Shown in pieces: positions 34,053 to 48,679 of a DNA stretch of 64,000 nucleotides (positions are counted from its first letter, which is position 1; each line of letters begins with the position of its first letter). Source of the stretch: Eledone cirrhosa. Lineage: Eukaryota. The DNA is taken from the NCBI GenBank assembly GCA_964016885.1, contig OZ024741.1, positions 414,036,001 through 414,100,000 on the forward strand, in the 5' to 3' direction. Below the pieces are notes generated by a model. The model did not search any database, had not been told where the DNA came from, and saw nothing but the letters and a program-made list of their open reading frames with translations. The position numbers were made by a program, and so were the translations under genes.

Positions 34053-34319
34053 TACATGTATATATATATATATATATCTATACATATACATACATATACA
34101 TGTATATATATATATATATATCTATACATATACATACATATACATGTATATATATATATCTATACATATACATACATATATATATATCTATACATATACA
34201 TACATATATATATCTATACATATACATACATGTATATATATATATATCTATACATATATATATCTATACATATATACATGTATATATATATATATCTATA
34301 CATATATATATATCTATAC

Positions 34320-34354
<35 letters not shown>

Positions 34355-34477
34355 CATGTGTATATATATATATATACATATACATACATATATATATACA
34401 TGTATATATATATATACATATACATACATATATATATATATATATATACATATACATACATATATATATATATACAT

Positions 34478-36380
34478 ATCATCATTATCATCATCATCGT
34501 TTAACGTCCCTGTTCCACGCTTGCATGGGTTTGGACGGGAGTTTTCCCACTTGAGACAAGAGTGGTTGTCTTGCTCGCATAGGACTGTCTGGCGGGTTTT
34601 CTGCAGCTGGATGCCCTTCTTAACACCAACCACATTTACAGTGTGGGTCTGGGAGGTTTTTACCGTGTTGCCTACACGGCCACATTACAGCGTGGACTGT
34701 GTGTTTTTTTGTCATGACACCTACACGATCTCGTTTGTTTCGGCCTGGATGTTGTGGCACCAACATAACTTTACATAGAACGGGGTGGTGTGGATGGGAC
34801 GGAGGGGGGGGGGGGGGGGGTATTTTGTTAGAGATGCCTACTGACTAGTAGGTTTTACTTTGTATTTAGGTAAGGCGGGTCTTCTCTGTTACTGAGTACC
34901 GCCAAAGGTCTCGGTCCAGTGACATTGTCTTGGAGAGGTGTGTGTGAGGTCGGAATTTATTAGCTCGTCCCAGGTTTTCCTGGGTCTGCCTACTCCGTGG
35001 CTACCATCTATCTTTATTGCCCTGCACTTTGTTATACAGCTGTCGCCTTTCATGCGCATCACGTGACCATACCAACGTAGCCTTCTCTCGAGTAAACAAC
35101 ATCTGATCCCTCTTATTTCTAAATTTTTCCTTAGTTCGTTTATGCTTTGACGTTCACGTATATTACTATTACACATCCAGCGGAGCATGCAAGCTTCGTT
35201 CCTCTCTAGTCTGCGTATATCCTCTGCACACAATGCCCAGTTCTCACTGCCATGCAACATTGCTGTTCGTATGCAGGCATCATACAACCTGCCTTTCATT
35301 TTTAGGGAGAACCCTTTAGCGGCTAATAGTGGTATAAGCTCTCTGAACTTTTTCCATCCAGTTCTGACTCTAGCTACTGTACTTTCAGAGCACCCTCCCC
35401 CACTGCTGATATTGTCACCCAGGTAACGGAAGCTGTCCACTATTTCTATAGAACCCTCTGCGCAATTGAAAGAGCTAGTATTTTGTGAGCACTTGCTGCT
35501 ACTTATTGCACCAGAGCACCGGCCACATGTAAAATCTATGTTCTTAGTTAGCTTACCTGTGATCCCACTACATCTTTTATGCACCCATACTTTGCATTTG
35601 GGACATAAAATAGAGTTTCTACCTACGCCTTTCCTACACACAGAGCATGGCCAATATACCGGAGGGGACCGGCGCCTTATTTTCTTTCCTACAAACTAGA
35701 ACTTTAGTCTTAGCCAGGTTAATTTTAAGGCCTTTTGATTCTAGGCCGTGCTTCCCTGTTTGGAATTTCTTCTCTAGCTCGGCCATTGATTCAGCTATGA
35801 GCGTTAGATCATCTGAGTATAGGAGTTCCCATGGGCAGCCGGTCTTGAACTCCTCTGTTATAGCCTGAAGGGCAATAATAAATAGTAGGGGGCTAAGAAC
35901 ATAGCCCTAATGGACACCAACTTTTACGCTAAACTCTTCACTATATTCGTTGTTAATTCTAACCTTACTGACTGTTTCTTTATACATGGCTTGTATGGCC
36001 CTCACAAGCCATTCGTCAACATCTAGTTTTCCAAGAGTCCACCAGATAATGGAACGGGGGACTCTGTCGAAGGCTTTCTCCAAGTCGACGAAAGCTAAGT
36101 ATAGGGGTTTACTTTTAGCTAGGTACTTCTCCTGTAGTTGTCGTACAATGAAAAGAGCATCTGTGGTACTTTTGCCTGACACAAACCCGAACTGCATTTC
36201 ATCTAGATCAATTCTCTTTCTGATTAGTTGCGCTATTACTTTTTCCGTGACCTTCATGACCTGGTCGATTAATTTAATGCCTCTATAGTTACTCCTATCT
36301 AGGGTGTCTCCTTTACCCTTGTAACAGTTAATGATGATGCTGCTACGCCAGTCCTTCGGAACAACCCCATTCTGTATGAC
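34478..36380 (-). mobile_element. RTE-clade LINE (family A) 3' part, disrupted, cut by the assembly gap
   Basis: ORF pieces 34889..35641 and 35907..36257; nonsense codon and frameshifts; 3' UTR and (GAT)n tail. Confidence 0.93.
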
Positions 36381-36580
36381 NNNNNNNNNNNNNNNNNNNN
36401 NNNNNNNNNNNNNNNNNNNNNNNNNNNNNNNNNNNNNNNNNNNNNNNNNNNNNNNNNNNNNNNNNNNNNNNNNNNNNNNNNNNNNNNNNNNNNNNNNNNN
36501 NNNNNNNNNNNNNNNNNNNNNNNNNNNNNNNNNNNNNNNNNNNNNNNNNNNNNNNNNNNNNNNNNNNNNNNNNNNNNNNN
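36381..36580. other. Assembly gap (200 N)
   Basis: Run of n. Confidence 1.
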
Positions 36581-38415
<1,835 letters not shown>

Positions 38416-39253
38416 TGGGTGAGGTGTATTTAAAATTGTTTTCCAAATAAATTTATTGCACAAACAAATAGTTTTCATAAATAATGTTTTGCAAATTTAA
38501 AAAAAGAAATATTTTAAAAATATATTTTCTTATTTAATTTTTTTTTTTTTTTTTGATTAAAAATATAAAAAATATATAAATTGTTGAATCATGCAAATAA
38601 ACAATAGAGAAACAGAATTTAATGAAGTTTGAATGAAAAAATTCCAGAATAGACAAAAATAGTAAAATTAGAAAAAACAGTAAAAAGGTGTTTGGGATGG
38701 AAGCTGTTTCTTGTCAGCCATTAAACCATGCTAGGGGCAGACAACTTGTGGAGGACTGATTAGTATGGGTGAGTGAGGTAGGGAAAATAATGGGGACCAG
38801 CATGAAGCAGGCAAACCCACTGTGAAGTTCAATTAAAACAAAAAAATAATAATAATAATAAAATCTTATGATGATCTGAAATTTGAAAGATTGGAATCAC
38901 AACACAGAATCGGTATAAATGATAACAGTTTTTGAATATTATGTAAAATACCCTTAAAGACAGAAAAACAGTGGACAGCAGCCACTACAGAGAAATTAAC
39001 TCTATGTCTCTCAAACACCGTAGTGGCTGTTGGCTATTTTGTCTGTCACTAAGCCATTCTTATTTATAGACATTTCTGTGTTTGAATTCCAACATTTCAA
39101 AATATAAAAGTAGAAACTTTTAAAAGGAAGGTTTTTTTTTAACTGTTGTAGCATGATGGTAATATTTTTTGTAAATAAATAAAATATGAAATATATTTTA
39201 GGATTGTGTGTCGTACATATTTTCTTTCTACTTGCAAAATAATATTCAGTAGT

Positions 39254-42015
39254 AAGAAACTCTCAGGGGAGGTGGACAGCAGAGGATCTTCAGAGAAGAG
39301 ACTCCCAGGGGAGCTGGACAGAATGTCTTCAGAGAAGAAACTCCCAGGAGAGCTGGACAGCAGAAGGTCTTCAGAGAAGAGACGCCCAGGAGAAGAGGAC
39401 AGCAGCAGGTCTTCAGAGAAGAAACTCTCAGTGGAGGTGGACAGCAGAAGGTCTTCAGATAAGAGATTCCCAGGAGAAGAGGACAGCAGAAGGTCTTCAG
39501 AGAAGAAACTCCCAGGAGAGCTGGACAGCAGAACGTCTTCAGAGAAGAAAATCCCAGGAGAGCTGGACAACAGATGGTCTTCAGAGAAGAAACTCTCAGG
39601 AGAGGTGGACAGCAGAAGGTCTTCAGAGAAGAAACTCCCAGGAGAGGTGGACAGCAGAAGGTCTTCAGAGAAGAAACTCCCAGGAGAGCTGGACAGCAGA
39701 AGGTCTTCAGAGAAGAAAATCCCAGGAGAGCTGGACAACAGATGGTCTTCAGAGAAGAAACTCTCAGGAGAGGTGGACAGCAGAAGGTCTTCAGAGAAGA
39801 AACTCCCAGGAGAGGTGGACAGCAGAAGGTCTTCAGAGAAGAAACTCCCAGGAGAGCTGGACAGCAGAAGGTCTTCAGAGAAGAAAATCCCAGGAGAGCT
39901 GGACAACAGATGGTCTTCATAGAAGAAACTCTCAGGAGAGGTGGACAGCAGAAGGTCTTCAGAGAAGAAACTCCCAGGAGAGCTGGACAGCAGAAGGTCT
40001 TCAGAGAAGAAAATCCCAGGAGAGCTGGACAACAGATGGTCTTCAGAGAAGAAACTCTCAGGAGAGGTGGACAGCAGAAGGTCTTCAGAGAAGAAACTCC
40101 CAGGAGAGCTGGACAGCAGATGGTCTTCAGAGAAGAAACTCTCAGGGGAGGTGGACAACAGAAGGTCTTCAGAGAAGAAACTCTCAGGGGAGGTGGACAG
40201 CAGAAAGTCTTCAGAGAAGAAACTCTCAGGGGAGGTGGACAGCAGAAGGTCTTCAGAGAAGAAACTCCCAGGAGAGCTGGACAGCAGAAGGTCTTCAGAG
40301 AAGAAAATCCCAGGAGAGCTGGACAACAGATGGTCTTCAGAGAAGAAACTCTCAGGAGAGGTGGACAGCAGAAGGTCTTCAGAGAAGAAACTCCCAGGAG
40401 AGGTGGACAGCAGAAGGTCTTCAGATAAGAGATTCCCAGGAGAAGAGGACAGCAGAAGGTCTTCAGAGAAGAAACTCCCAGGAGAGCTGGACAGCAGAAG
40501 GTCTTCAGAGAAGAAAATCCCAGGAGAGCTGGACAACAGATGGTCTTCATAGAAGAAACTCTCAGGAGAGGTGGACAGCAGAAGGTCTTCAGAGAAGAAA
40601 CTCCCAGGAGAGCTGGACAGCAGAAGGTCTTCAGAGAAGAAAATCCCAGGAGAGCTGGACAACAGATGGTCTTCAGAGAAGAAACTCTCAGGAGAGGTGG
40701 ACAGCAGAAGGTCTTCAGAGAAGAAACTCCCAGGAGAGCTGGACAGCAGATGGTCTTCAGAGAAGAAACTCTCAGGAGAGCTGGACAGCAGAAGGTCTTC
40801 AGAGAAGAAACTCTCAGGGGAGGTGGACAGCAGAAGGTCTTCAGTGAAGAAACTCTCAGGAGAGCTGGACAACAGAAGGTCTTCAGAGAAGAAACTCTCA
40901 GGGGAGGTGGACAGCAGAAGGTCTTCAGTGAAGAAACTCTCAGGAGAGGTGGACAGCAGAAGGTCTTCAGAAAGAAACTCTCAGGGGAGATGGACAGCAG
41001 AAAGTCTTCAGAGAAGAAACTCCCAGGGGAGGTGGAGAACAGTAGGTCTTCAGAGAAGAAACTCTCAGGGGAGGTGGACAGCAGAAGGTCTTCAGAGAAG
41101 AAACTCTCAGGGGAGGTGGACAACAGAAGGTCTTCAGAGAAGAGACTCTCAGGAAAGGTGGACAGCAGAAGGTCTTCAGAGAAGAAACTCTCAGGAGAGC
41201 TGGACAGCAGAAGGTCTTCAGAGAAGAAACTCTCAGGGGAGGTGGACAGCAGAAGGTCTTCAGTGAAGAAACTCTCAGGAGAGCTGGACAACAGAAGGTC
41301 TTCAGAGAAGAAACTCTCAGGGGAGGTGGACAGCAGAAGGTCTTCAGTGAAGAAACTCTCAGGAGAGCTGGACAGCAGAAGGTCTTCAGAAAGAAACTCT
41401 CAGGGGAGATGGACAGCAGAAAGTCTTCAGAGAAGAAACTCCCAGGGGAGGTGGAGAACAGAAGGTCTTCAGAGAAGAAACTCTCAGGGGAGGTGGACAG
41501 CAGAAGGTCTTCAGAGAAGAAACTCTCAGGGGAGGTGGACAACAGAAGGTCTTCAGAGAAGAGACTCTCAGGAAAGGTGGACAGCAGAAGGTCTTCAGAG
41601 AAGAAACTCCCAGGAGAGCTGGACAACAGAAGGTCTTCAGAGAAGAAACTCTCAGGGGAGGTGGACAGCAGAAGGCCTTCAGAGAAGAAACTCCCAGGGG
41701 AGGTGGACAGAAGAAGGTCTTCAGAGAAGAAACTCCCAGGGAGGTGGAGAACAGTAGGTCTTCAGAGAAGAAACTCTCAGGGGAGGTGGACAGCAGAAGG
41801 TCTTCAGAGAAGAAACTCTCAGGGGAGGTGGACAACAGAAGGTCTTCAGAGAAGAGACTCTCAGGAAAGGTGGACAGCAGTAGGTCTTCAGAGAAGAAAC
41901 TCCCAGGAGAGCTGGACAACAGAAGGTCTTCAGAGAAGAAACTCTCAGGGGAGGTGGACAGCAGAAGGCCTTCAGAGAAGAAACTCTCAGGAGAGCTGGA
42001 CAGCAGAAGGTCTTT
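39254..42015. repeat. 42-bp minisatellite (about 66 units) with higher-order structure
   Basis: Unit TCTTCAGAGAAGAAACTC(T/C)CAGG(A/G)GAG(G/C)TGGACAGCAGAAGG; TAG-bearing variant recurs 630 bp apart (39920, 40550). Confidence 0.97.
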
Positions 42016-42367
42016 TCGCTCCTAACTGATTAGTATATACTCTATATATACTATGGTATTTTTGTAGTAAAGGCTTTATCTTACATAATTATCTCACATA
42101 ATATTAAATCTTTGAGATTTTGGTGTTATTTATTTTGAGAACAATACCCTAACATCAATATGAGCGGCCAGTTACAGCTGGTTTGAACAGAAAGAGGTGA
42201 GAGAATTGTGACCGGATACGGCTGGTTTAAATACTGAAGAGTTAACTTCTGAAACACTGAGATTGTGTGTTCTATATATTGTCTTTCTACTTACAAAATA
42301 ATCTTCATCTAACTGGACGAAGAATGTGTAATGTTTCTACTAGGAGCAGTTATTAGATTTAAAACAT

Positions 42368-42535
42368 TTGGTTGGTGCTAGGAAGGGCATCCAGCCATAG
42401 AAAACCAGACAGAAACAGTTCTATACGAACGAGACATGGTTACCTGACCAATCTTGCCTCAAGTGGGACAAACACATCTAACCCATGCTAGCATGGAAGA
42501 TGGACAGTACACAATGATGATGATGATGATGATGA
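42368..42535 (+). mobile_element. RTE-tailed SINE 3' half
   Basis: TGGTGCTAGGAAGGGCATCCAGCC...CCATGCTAGCATGG...(GAT)n. Confidence 0.8.
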
Positions 42536-42837
42536 CTATGGTGTGTATTTATAATATATATATATGTGTATGTGTGTGTTTAAAATAAGCTTGGTTTTAC
42601 AAATAGGAAAAGTAGAACTCAATACATAAGACAGAGTATTAATGTACTTCTACCAGTTGAAAAGCTAGAATGACTCAAGGACTAAGAGGTTGTTACCATT
42701 TCACCTATGAAACCTTTGTAAACATAGAAATGAAAGAAAATCTATTATAATTAGGGTGAAAAATATTTAAATAAATAATTATATTCCTTGAATTGTCAGA
42801 AAGAGGAATGAAAAACTGAATAAAGACAAGAAAGGTT

Positions 42838-44810
42838 ATTGTTAATCCTAGTAAGCCATCCGTGACATGTTCAGCCATGTATTCCATTATAACAAGATTG
42901 TTAATCCTAGTAAACCATTCCGTGACATGTTCAGCCATGTATTCCATTATAACAAGATTGTTAATCCTAGTAAACCATTCCGTGACATGTTCAGCCATGT
43001 TTTCCATTATAACAAGATTGTTAATCCTAGTAAACCATTCTGTGACATGTTCAGCCATGTATTCCATTATAACAAGATTGTTAATCCTAGTAAACCATTC
43101 TGTGACATGTTCAGCCATGTATTCCATTATAACAAGATTGTTAATCCTAGTAAACCATTCTGTGACATGTTCAGCCATGTATTCCATTATAACAAGATTG
43201 TTAATCCTAGTAAACCATTCCGTGACATGTTCAGCCATGTTTTCCATTATAACAAGATTGTTAATCCTAGTAAACCATTCTGTGACATGTTCAGCCATGT
43301 ATTCCATTATAACAAGATTGTTAATCCTAGTAAACCATTCTGTGACATGTTCAGCCATGTAATCCATTATAACAAGATTGTTAATCCTAGTAAACCATTC
43401 TGTGACATGTTCAGCCATGTATTCCATTATAACAAGATTGTTAATCCTAGTAAACCATTCTGTGACATGTTCAGCCATGTATTCCATTATAACAAGATTG
43501 TTAATCCTAGTAAACCATTCTGTGACATGTTCAGCCATGTATTCCATTATAACAAGATTGTTAATCCTAGTAAACCATTCTGTGACATGTTCAGCCATGT
43601 ATTCCATTATAACAAGATTGTTAATCCGAGTAAACCATTCCCTGACATGTTCAGCCATGTATTCCATTATAACAAGATTGTTAATCCTAGTAAACCATTC
43701 TGTGACATGTTCAGCCATGTATTCCATTATAACAAGATTGTTAATCCTAGTAAACCATTCCGTGACATGTTCAGCCATGTATTCCATTATAACAAGATTG
43801 TTAATCCTAGTAAACCATTCCGTGACATGTTCAGCCATGTTTTCCATTATAACAAGATTGTTAATCCTAGTAAACCATTCCCTGACATGTTCAGCCATGT
43901 ATTCCATTATAACAAGATTGTTAATCCTAGTAAACCATTCTGTGACATGTTCAGCCATGTATTCCATTATAACAAGATTGTTAATCCTAGTAAACCATTC
44001 CGTGACATGTTCAGCCATGTATTCCATTATAACAAGATTGTTAATCCTAGTAAACCATTCTGTGACATGTTCAGCCATGTATTCCATTATAACAAGATTG
44101 TTAATCCTAGTAAACCATTCCCTGACATGTTCAGCCATGTTTTCCATTATAACAAGATTGTTAATCCTAGTAAACCATTCTGTGACATGTTCAGCCATGT
44201 ATTCCATTATAACAAGATTGTTAATCCTAGTAAACCATTCCCTGACATGTTCAGCCATGTTTTCCATTATAACAAGATTGTTAATCCTAGTAAACCATTC
44301 TGTGACATGTTCAGCCATGTATTCCATTATAACAAGATTGTTAATCCTAGTAAACCATTCTGTGACATGTTCAGCCATGTATTCCATTATAACAAGATTG
44401 TTAATCCGAGTAAACCATTCTGTGACATGTTCAGCCATGTTTTCCATTATAACAAGATTGTTAATCCTAGTAAACCATTCCGTGACATGTTCAGCCATGT
44501 TTTCCATTATAACAAGATTGTTAATCCTAGTAAACCATTCCGTGACATGTTCAGCCATGTTTTCCATTATAACAAGATTGTTAATCCTAGTAAACCATTC
44601 CGTGACATGTTCAGCCATGTTTTCCATTATAACAAGATTGTTAATCCTAGTAAACCATTCCGTGACATGTTCAGCCATGTTTTCCATTATAACAAGATTG
44701 TTAATCCTAGTAAACCATTCCCTGACATGTTCAGCCATGTTTTCCATTATAACAAGATTGTTAATCCTAGTAAACCATTCCGTGACATGTTCAGCGATTA
44801 TAACAAGATT
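42838..44810. repeat. Highly homogeneous 60-bp tandem array (about 33 units)
   Basis: Unit TTAATCCTAGTAAACCATTC(C/T)(G/C)TGACATGTTCAGCCATGT(A/T)TTCCATTATAACAAGATTG. Confidence 0.98.
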
Positions 44811-44854
44811 TACGATATCTCTGAAGTTCCTCACCATTATTAGATTGACACTAA

Positions 44855-45055
44855 TCAGTAGAGCATTAGATAACATGCTTTGTGGCACATAGTTACGTCC
44901 CTTCTGCATTCAAATCACACAGTGGTTAACTTTGCCTTTCATCCTTACGGGTGTCAATAAAATAAAGTACCAGTAATACACTGGGTTGATATAATTAACT
45001 TTCTCCTCTCCCCAAAATGTCTGGTCTTGTGCCTAAATCAGAAACCATTATTATT
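44855..45055 (+). mobile_element. Decayed type-2 SINE
   Basis: GTTAACTTTGCCTTTCATCCTTACGGG...AAAGTACCAG, ATTATT tail. Confidence 0.75.
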
Positions 45056-45169
45056 GTATTGGCCAAATCAGTAGAGCAACAAAGAAAATACTAGGTGTTT
45101 TAAACCTGACAGAGCTTCTCTCTGGGTCAGAACATAGCCAACTTCTTCTAGAGATGGGGGCGGGGGTAA

Positions 45170-45240
45170 CAGAGAGGAAGTGAGAGAGAGAGAGAAAGGG
45201 AGAGAGAGAGAGAGAGAGAGATAGATAGATAGAGAGAGAG

Positions 45241-45307
<67 letters not shown>

Positions 45308-45415
45308 AGAGAGAGAGAGGAAATGAGAAAGAGAGAGACAGACAAAGAATGATAGAAAGGAAATGAGAGAGAAAGAGAGACAGAGTGATAGAGAGGAAAT
45401 TAGAAAGAGAAAGAA
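45170..45415. repeat. (GA)n/(GATA)n microsatellite
   Basis: Direct reading. Confidence 0.9.
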
Positions 45416-45534
45416 ATCCCCCCCAGTACTAGACTAAAGTTTCAAGTTATTTTATATATATTTTTTATGCTTTCAATATTAAAATAGAGCCAAAGAAATA
45501 ATAATAATAATTAATATTATTTTTTCTTTTTCTT

Positions 45535-45735
45535 TTTTAGGGCACAAACCTAGCAAGTTTGGGAGAAGGGCAAAGTTGATTAACCCCAGTACACATCTGG
45601 TACTTTATTTTATTGAGCTAGGAAGGATGAAACCAAAGTTGACTTTGGCAGGATTTGAACTCAGAATATTATTAAAAGTCAGAAGAAATACTGCAATAGC
45701 ATTTTATCTGATGCTCTACCAATTATGACAACCTT
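45535..45735 (-). mobile_element. Decayed type-2 SINE (further fragments at 46005-46065 - and 46580-46720 +)
   Basis: CTGGTACTTTATTTT...GGATGAAA..AAAGTTGAC...GATTTGAACTCAGAA. Confidence 0.7.
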
Positions 45736-46189
45736 TTTCCCAAACATCAAAGAGAAAATATCAAAAACAGAATTGGTGACAACAAATACATACCTTCTTC
45801 AGAGAGCATGTATAGCAATCTAAGAGGAAAAATATGGAACAATTTAACCAATACAGACTAACCACCATTGACAACACCACCACCACCACTAACCCATCAC
45901 CATCAGTGTTTTCAAATATCAAAATATTAATAGAAGAAAGGTTAAAAAAAAAGAAGAATGCAGTGAAAAATATGGGGAAGAAAGTGGATAGAAGTGATTA
46001 TTATAATTGTTTCTACTTTTGGCACAAGGCCAGCAATTACCCAGTGCATTACTGGTACTTTATTTTAGAAGTGATTATTATAATAGAGAGAAAACATAAA
46101 ATAATAGTTTTTATTGTAAATATTTGATGCTGTGTTTTGATGTTTCTTCATTAGATTACTAATCTTTAATCTAATATGAGAGTGTGTAG

Positions 46190-46530
46190 CTCAGAGATGA
46201 GACAGTCACTCCAGGTAGAGCTGCTACTTCTCAGAATTGTGATGTCACAGCTCTGATACTATGGACATGTGGTTAGAATGTCTCAGGAAAGATTCTCTGG
46301 ACAGATTTTACAGGCAAAAGCAAAAGCAGTAGACCCAGGGGTAGCTTCTGTGCAAGATGGTTGGATAACATCCATGAGCTTGGTTGGTCTCGCTTGGGGA
46401 TCCAGCCGGATCAGTTGCTTCTGACAAGACCCACTAGAAGGAGGGTTTGAGGACTTGACCTCCACAACCCTCTCAGGAATAAGTGAGAGAAGAAAAGGAA
46501 GAAGAATATGAGGGTGGTGGATTGGCTGAG
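46190..46530 (+). mobile_element. Old RTE 3' coding fragment (related piece at about 6432-6520, -)
   Basis: Pieces translate to YYGHVVRMSQER..ILQAK..RPRG..RWLDNIHELGWSRLGI. Confidence 0.65.
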
Positions 46531-46864
46531 TCATTATTAGAACATTGGAGCTTGGTGGTATAATATCTTGTTCCTGCTCATTCTGAGTTCAAATCCTACC
46601 AAAGTCAACTTTATCTTTCATCCTTCTGGGGTTGATAAAATAAAGTACCAGTTAAGTACTGGGGTGGATGTACTTGGCATTTCTCTTCCCAAATTGTTGG
46701 TACAATACCCATGTTAAAAACAAAAGAGTTTCTAATCTACTTTAACCAAAATTAATCACAGTCTTTGCATCTGCTTTATCAACTTTTTCCCTGTTTGATT
46801 ATTTAAAGATTTATTTGAAAATCATAAGTAGTGCCTTTCGTTAGAAATATTGTAATGAAATGTA

Positions 46865-47095
46865 GTAGAGCCTGTAGCAGTGAAGACTTCCAGTGTTCCT
46901 CGCCCCCAGACCACATCCTTACTCATGTGATAAGTTTGTGATAGAACCTGTAACAGTGGAGACTTCTGGTGTTCTTGGCCCCTGGACCACATCCCTCCTC
47001 ACTGCTATCAGAGTGGAGTTGGCTGCCCACAGATGTGAGCCCCAAGACGTGGAGAGGCTGTTCCAGCATGTCTCCCTTGCAATCTCCATCCTGTC
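46865..47095 (+). mobile_element. CRE-clade-like non-LTR C-terminal (restriction-like endonuclease) fragment; second remnant at about 52440-52600
   Basis: FVIEPVTVETSGVLGP...ERLFQHVSLAI resembles the P.AVET.G..G...LFQR.S.AI motif; the first ~55 bp are duplicated. Confidence 0.55.
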
Positions 47096-47221
47096 GACTA
47101 GGACCACGAGGCTGACGGTATAAGTTGGTTGGAAGTGGAGAATACTCGTTCGGATGACATATACAAAATACACAGTTATTGTTACTAGCAGAAAACCACC
47201 CGAAAGATTGTTTTCTGCTAG

Positions 47222-47340
47222 CATGTGTAGTGTGTGTATTGATATTATACGCAGGTATATATACATGTAGATATGATACATGTGTAGTGTGTGTATTGAT
47301 ATTATACGCAGGTATATATATATGTAGATATGATACATCA
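47222..47340. repeat. Two tandem copies of a unit of about 57 bp
   Basis: CATGTGTAGTGTGTGTATTGATATTATACGCAGGTATATATA(C/T)ATGTAGATATGATA twice. Confidence 0.85.
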
Positions 47341-48137
47341 AATAAAATTGTAATTGACAATATACACAGAAATTGAACGAAGACTGCGTTACACTGTCTT
47401 CTGTAATCAGTAACGTAATCCATGATACATTAAAAAAAGACGATATTATATATAAACTGCATTAGAAGAAAATTACTGACGGAAATATATGAATGTTTAT
47501 TTAAGCGATCGCTAACAGGAAGTGTTGACATTTGAACATTTTTAAGAAGTGAATCTTAAAATAACAAAATTATTTATATTTAATCAAGAATAACGAAATT
47601 TAGGAGATAAATTATGTAATATTCATTCATTATTTATTCAAAGTAATCCAACTTATTTTACTAACAGGATAAAAATATATTCTGGATGCAGTCCCGCACT
47701 CCTTATTTTATTATAGTTTAGATTGTTAATAAAGAGTTAAGCTACTAGGAATCTTCAGTTTATTTCAGTCACTAGTATTTCTGTTTTGGGAAGGAAATTA
47801 TTTTTAATGGTGTTTTTTTTTTAGTGAAAAATATTCTAGTAGAATTTTTTTAAAGTGGAATTTAAAAAAGAACTTTTATAAAAAAGAAAATATCAAAGAA
47901 ATATTTTTTTAATAAAGAATTAATTTTTCTTAATGTTTAGAAAAATATGCATTATGAAAGTCTACATGCAAGATAGTAAATCAGCGGAGAAAATATTATT
48001 AGGAAAAAGATGTAAAAATGATGTAAATTAAATTGATAAGAATTTAAGAATATAAATGCAAAGAAGATATGACTACATTGTTGTAGATGAGAAAGATGGA
48101 GAAAAATAGAGAAAGAAAGGCCGTACAGTGAAGAAAT

Positions 48138-48316
48138 AATGGTTGGCAATAAAAAGGGCATCCAGTTGTGAAAACCCCAGCCAAAACCTCATGCAATACG
48201 GTGCAGGATTGAGATGTGTATAAGGATTCTGTATTGCATACCCATCCAACCCATGCCAGCATGGAAAAACAGATTTTAAAACTGATGATGGTGGTAATGG
48301 ATATGATGATGATGAT
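48138..48316 (+). mobile_element. Decayed RTE-tailed SINE 3' half
   Basis: GGTTGGCAAT..AAGGGCATCCAG...CCATGCCAGCATGG...GATGAT. Confidence 0.7.
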
Positions 48317-48396
48317 AGGGAAGAGAAAAATGAAATATTAGTATTATAGTGTTATGGTTATAATAATAATAATAATTATTATTATTATTATTATTA

Positions 48397-48617
48397 CAGC
48401 AATTACCCAGTGCATTACTGGTACTTTATTTTATCGACCCCGTAAGGATGAAAGGCAAAGTTAACCTCGGCGGGATTTGAACTCAGATTGGCAAGGGCCC
48501 GAGTTCAAATCCCGCCGAGGTTAACTTTGCCTTTCATCCTTACGGGGTTGATAAAATAAAGTACCAGTAATACACTGGGTATTTGCTGGCCTTGTGCCTA
48601 AAGTAGAAACAATTATT
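48397..48617. mobile_element. Head-to-head pair of headless type-2 SINE bodies forming a hairpin
   Basis: Arms 48397-48484 and 48501-48588 are reverse complements with about three mismatches; 16-nt spacer. Confidence 0.88.
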
Positions 48618-48679
48618 ATGATTAAAATTTAAGAAATTAGTGTTTTAAAGTTTGATATAAAAAAAGAAAGAAAACTTTA

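Noticed and set aside
22-36288. Short ORFs antisense to the RTE ORFs
   Set aside because: Shadow frames of LINE coding sequence, repeated in every copy, with no independent motifs
39254-42015. CTGAAGA and GAAAC in each 42-bp unit suggesting a tandem hammerhead satellite
   Set aside because: The two core halves are on opposite strands, so no hammerhead can form
42234-42260. CTGAAGA...GAAA
   Set aside because: No stem III/UH or stem I pairing; it overlaps a decayed TTAA-ended MITE-like terminus
42838-44810. CRISPR-like regularity and 500-730 aa ORFs in the 60-bp array
   Set aside because: Units are contiguous with no unique spacers and no cas genes; open frames arise because the unit is a stop-free multiple of three
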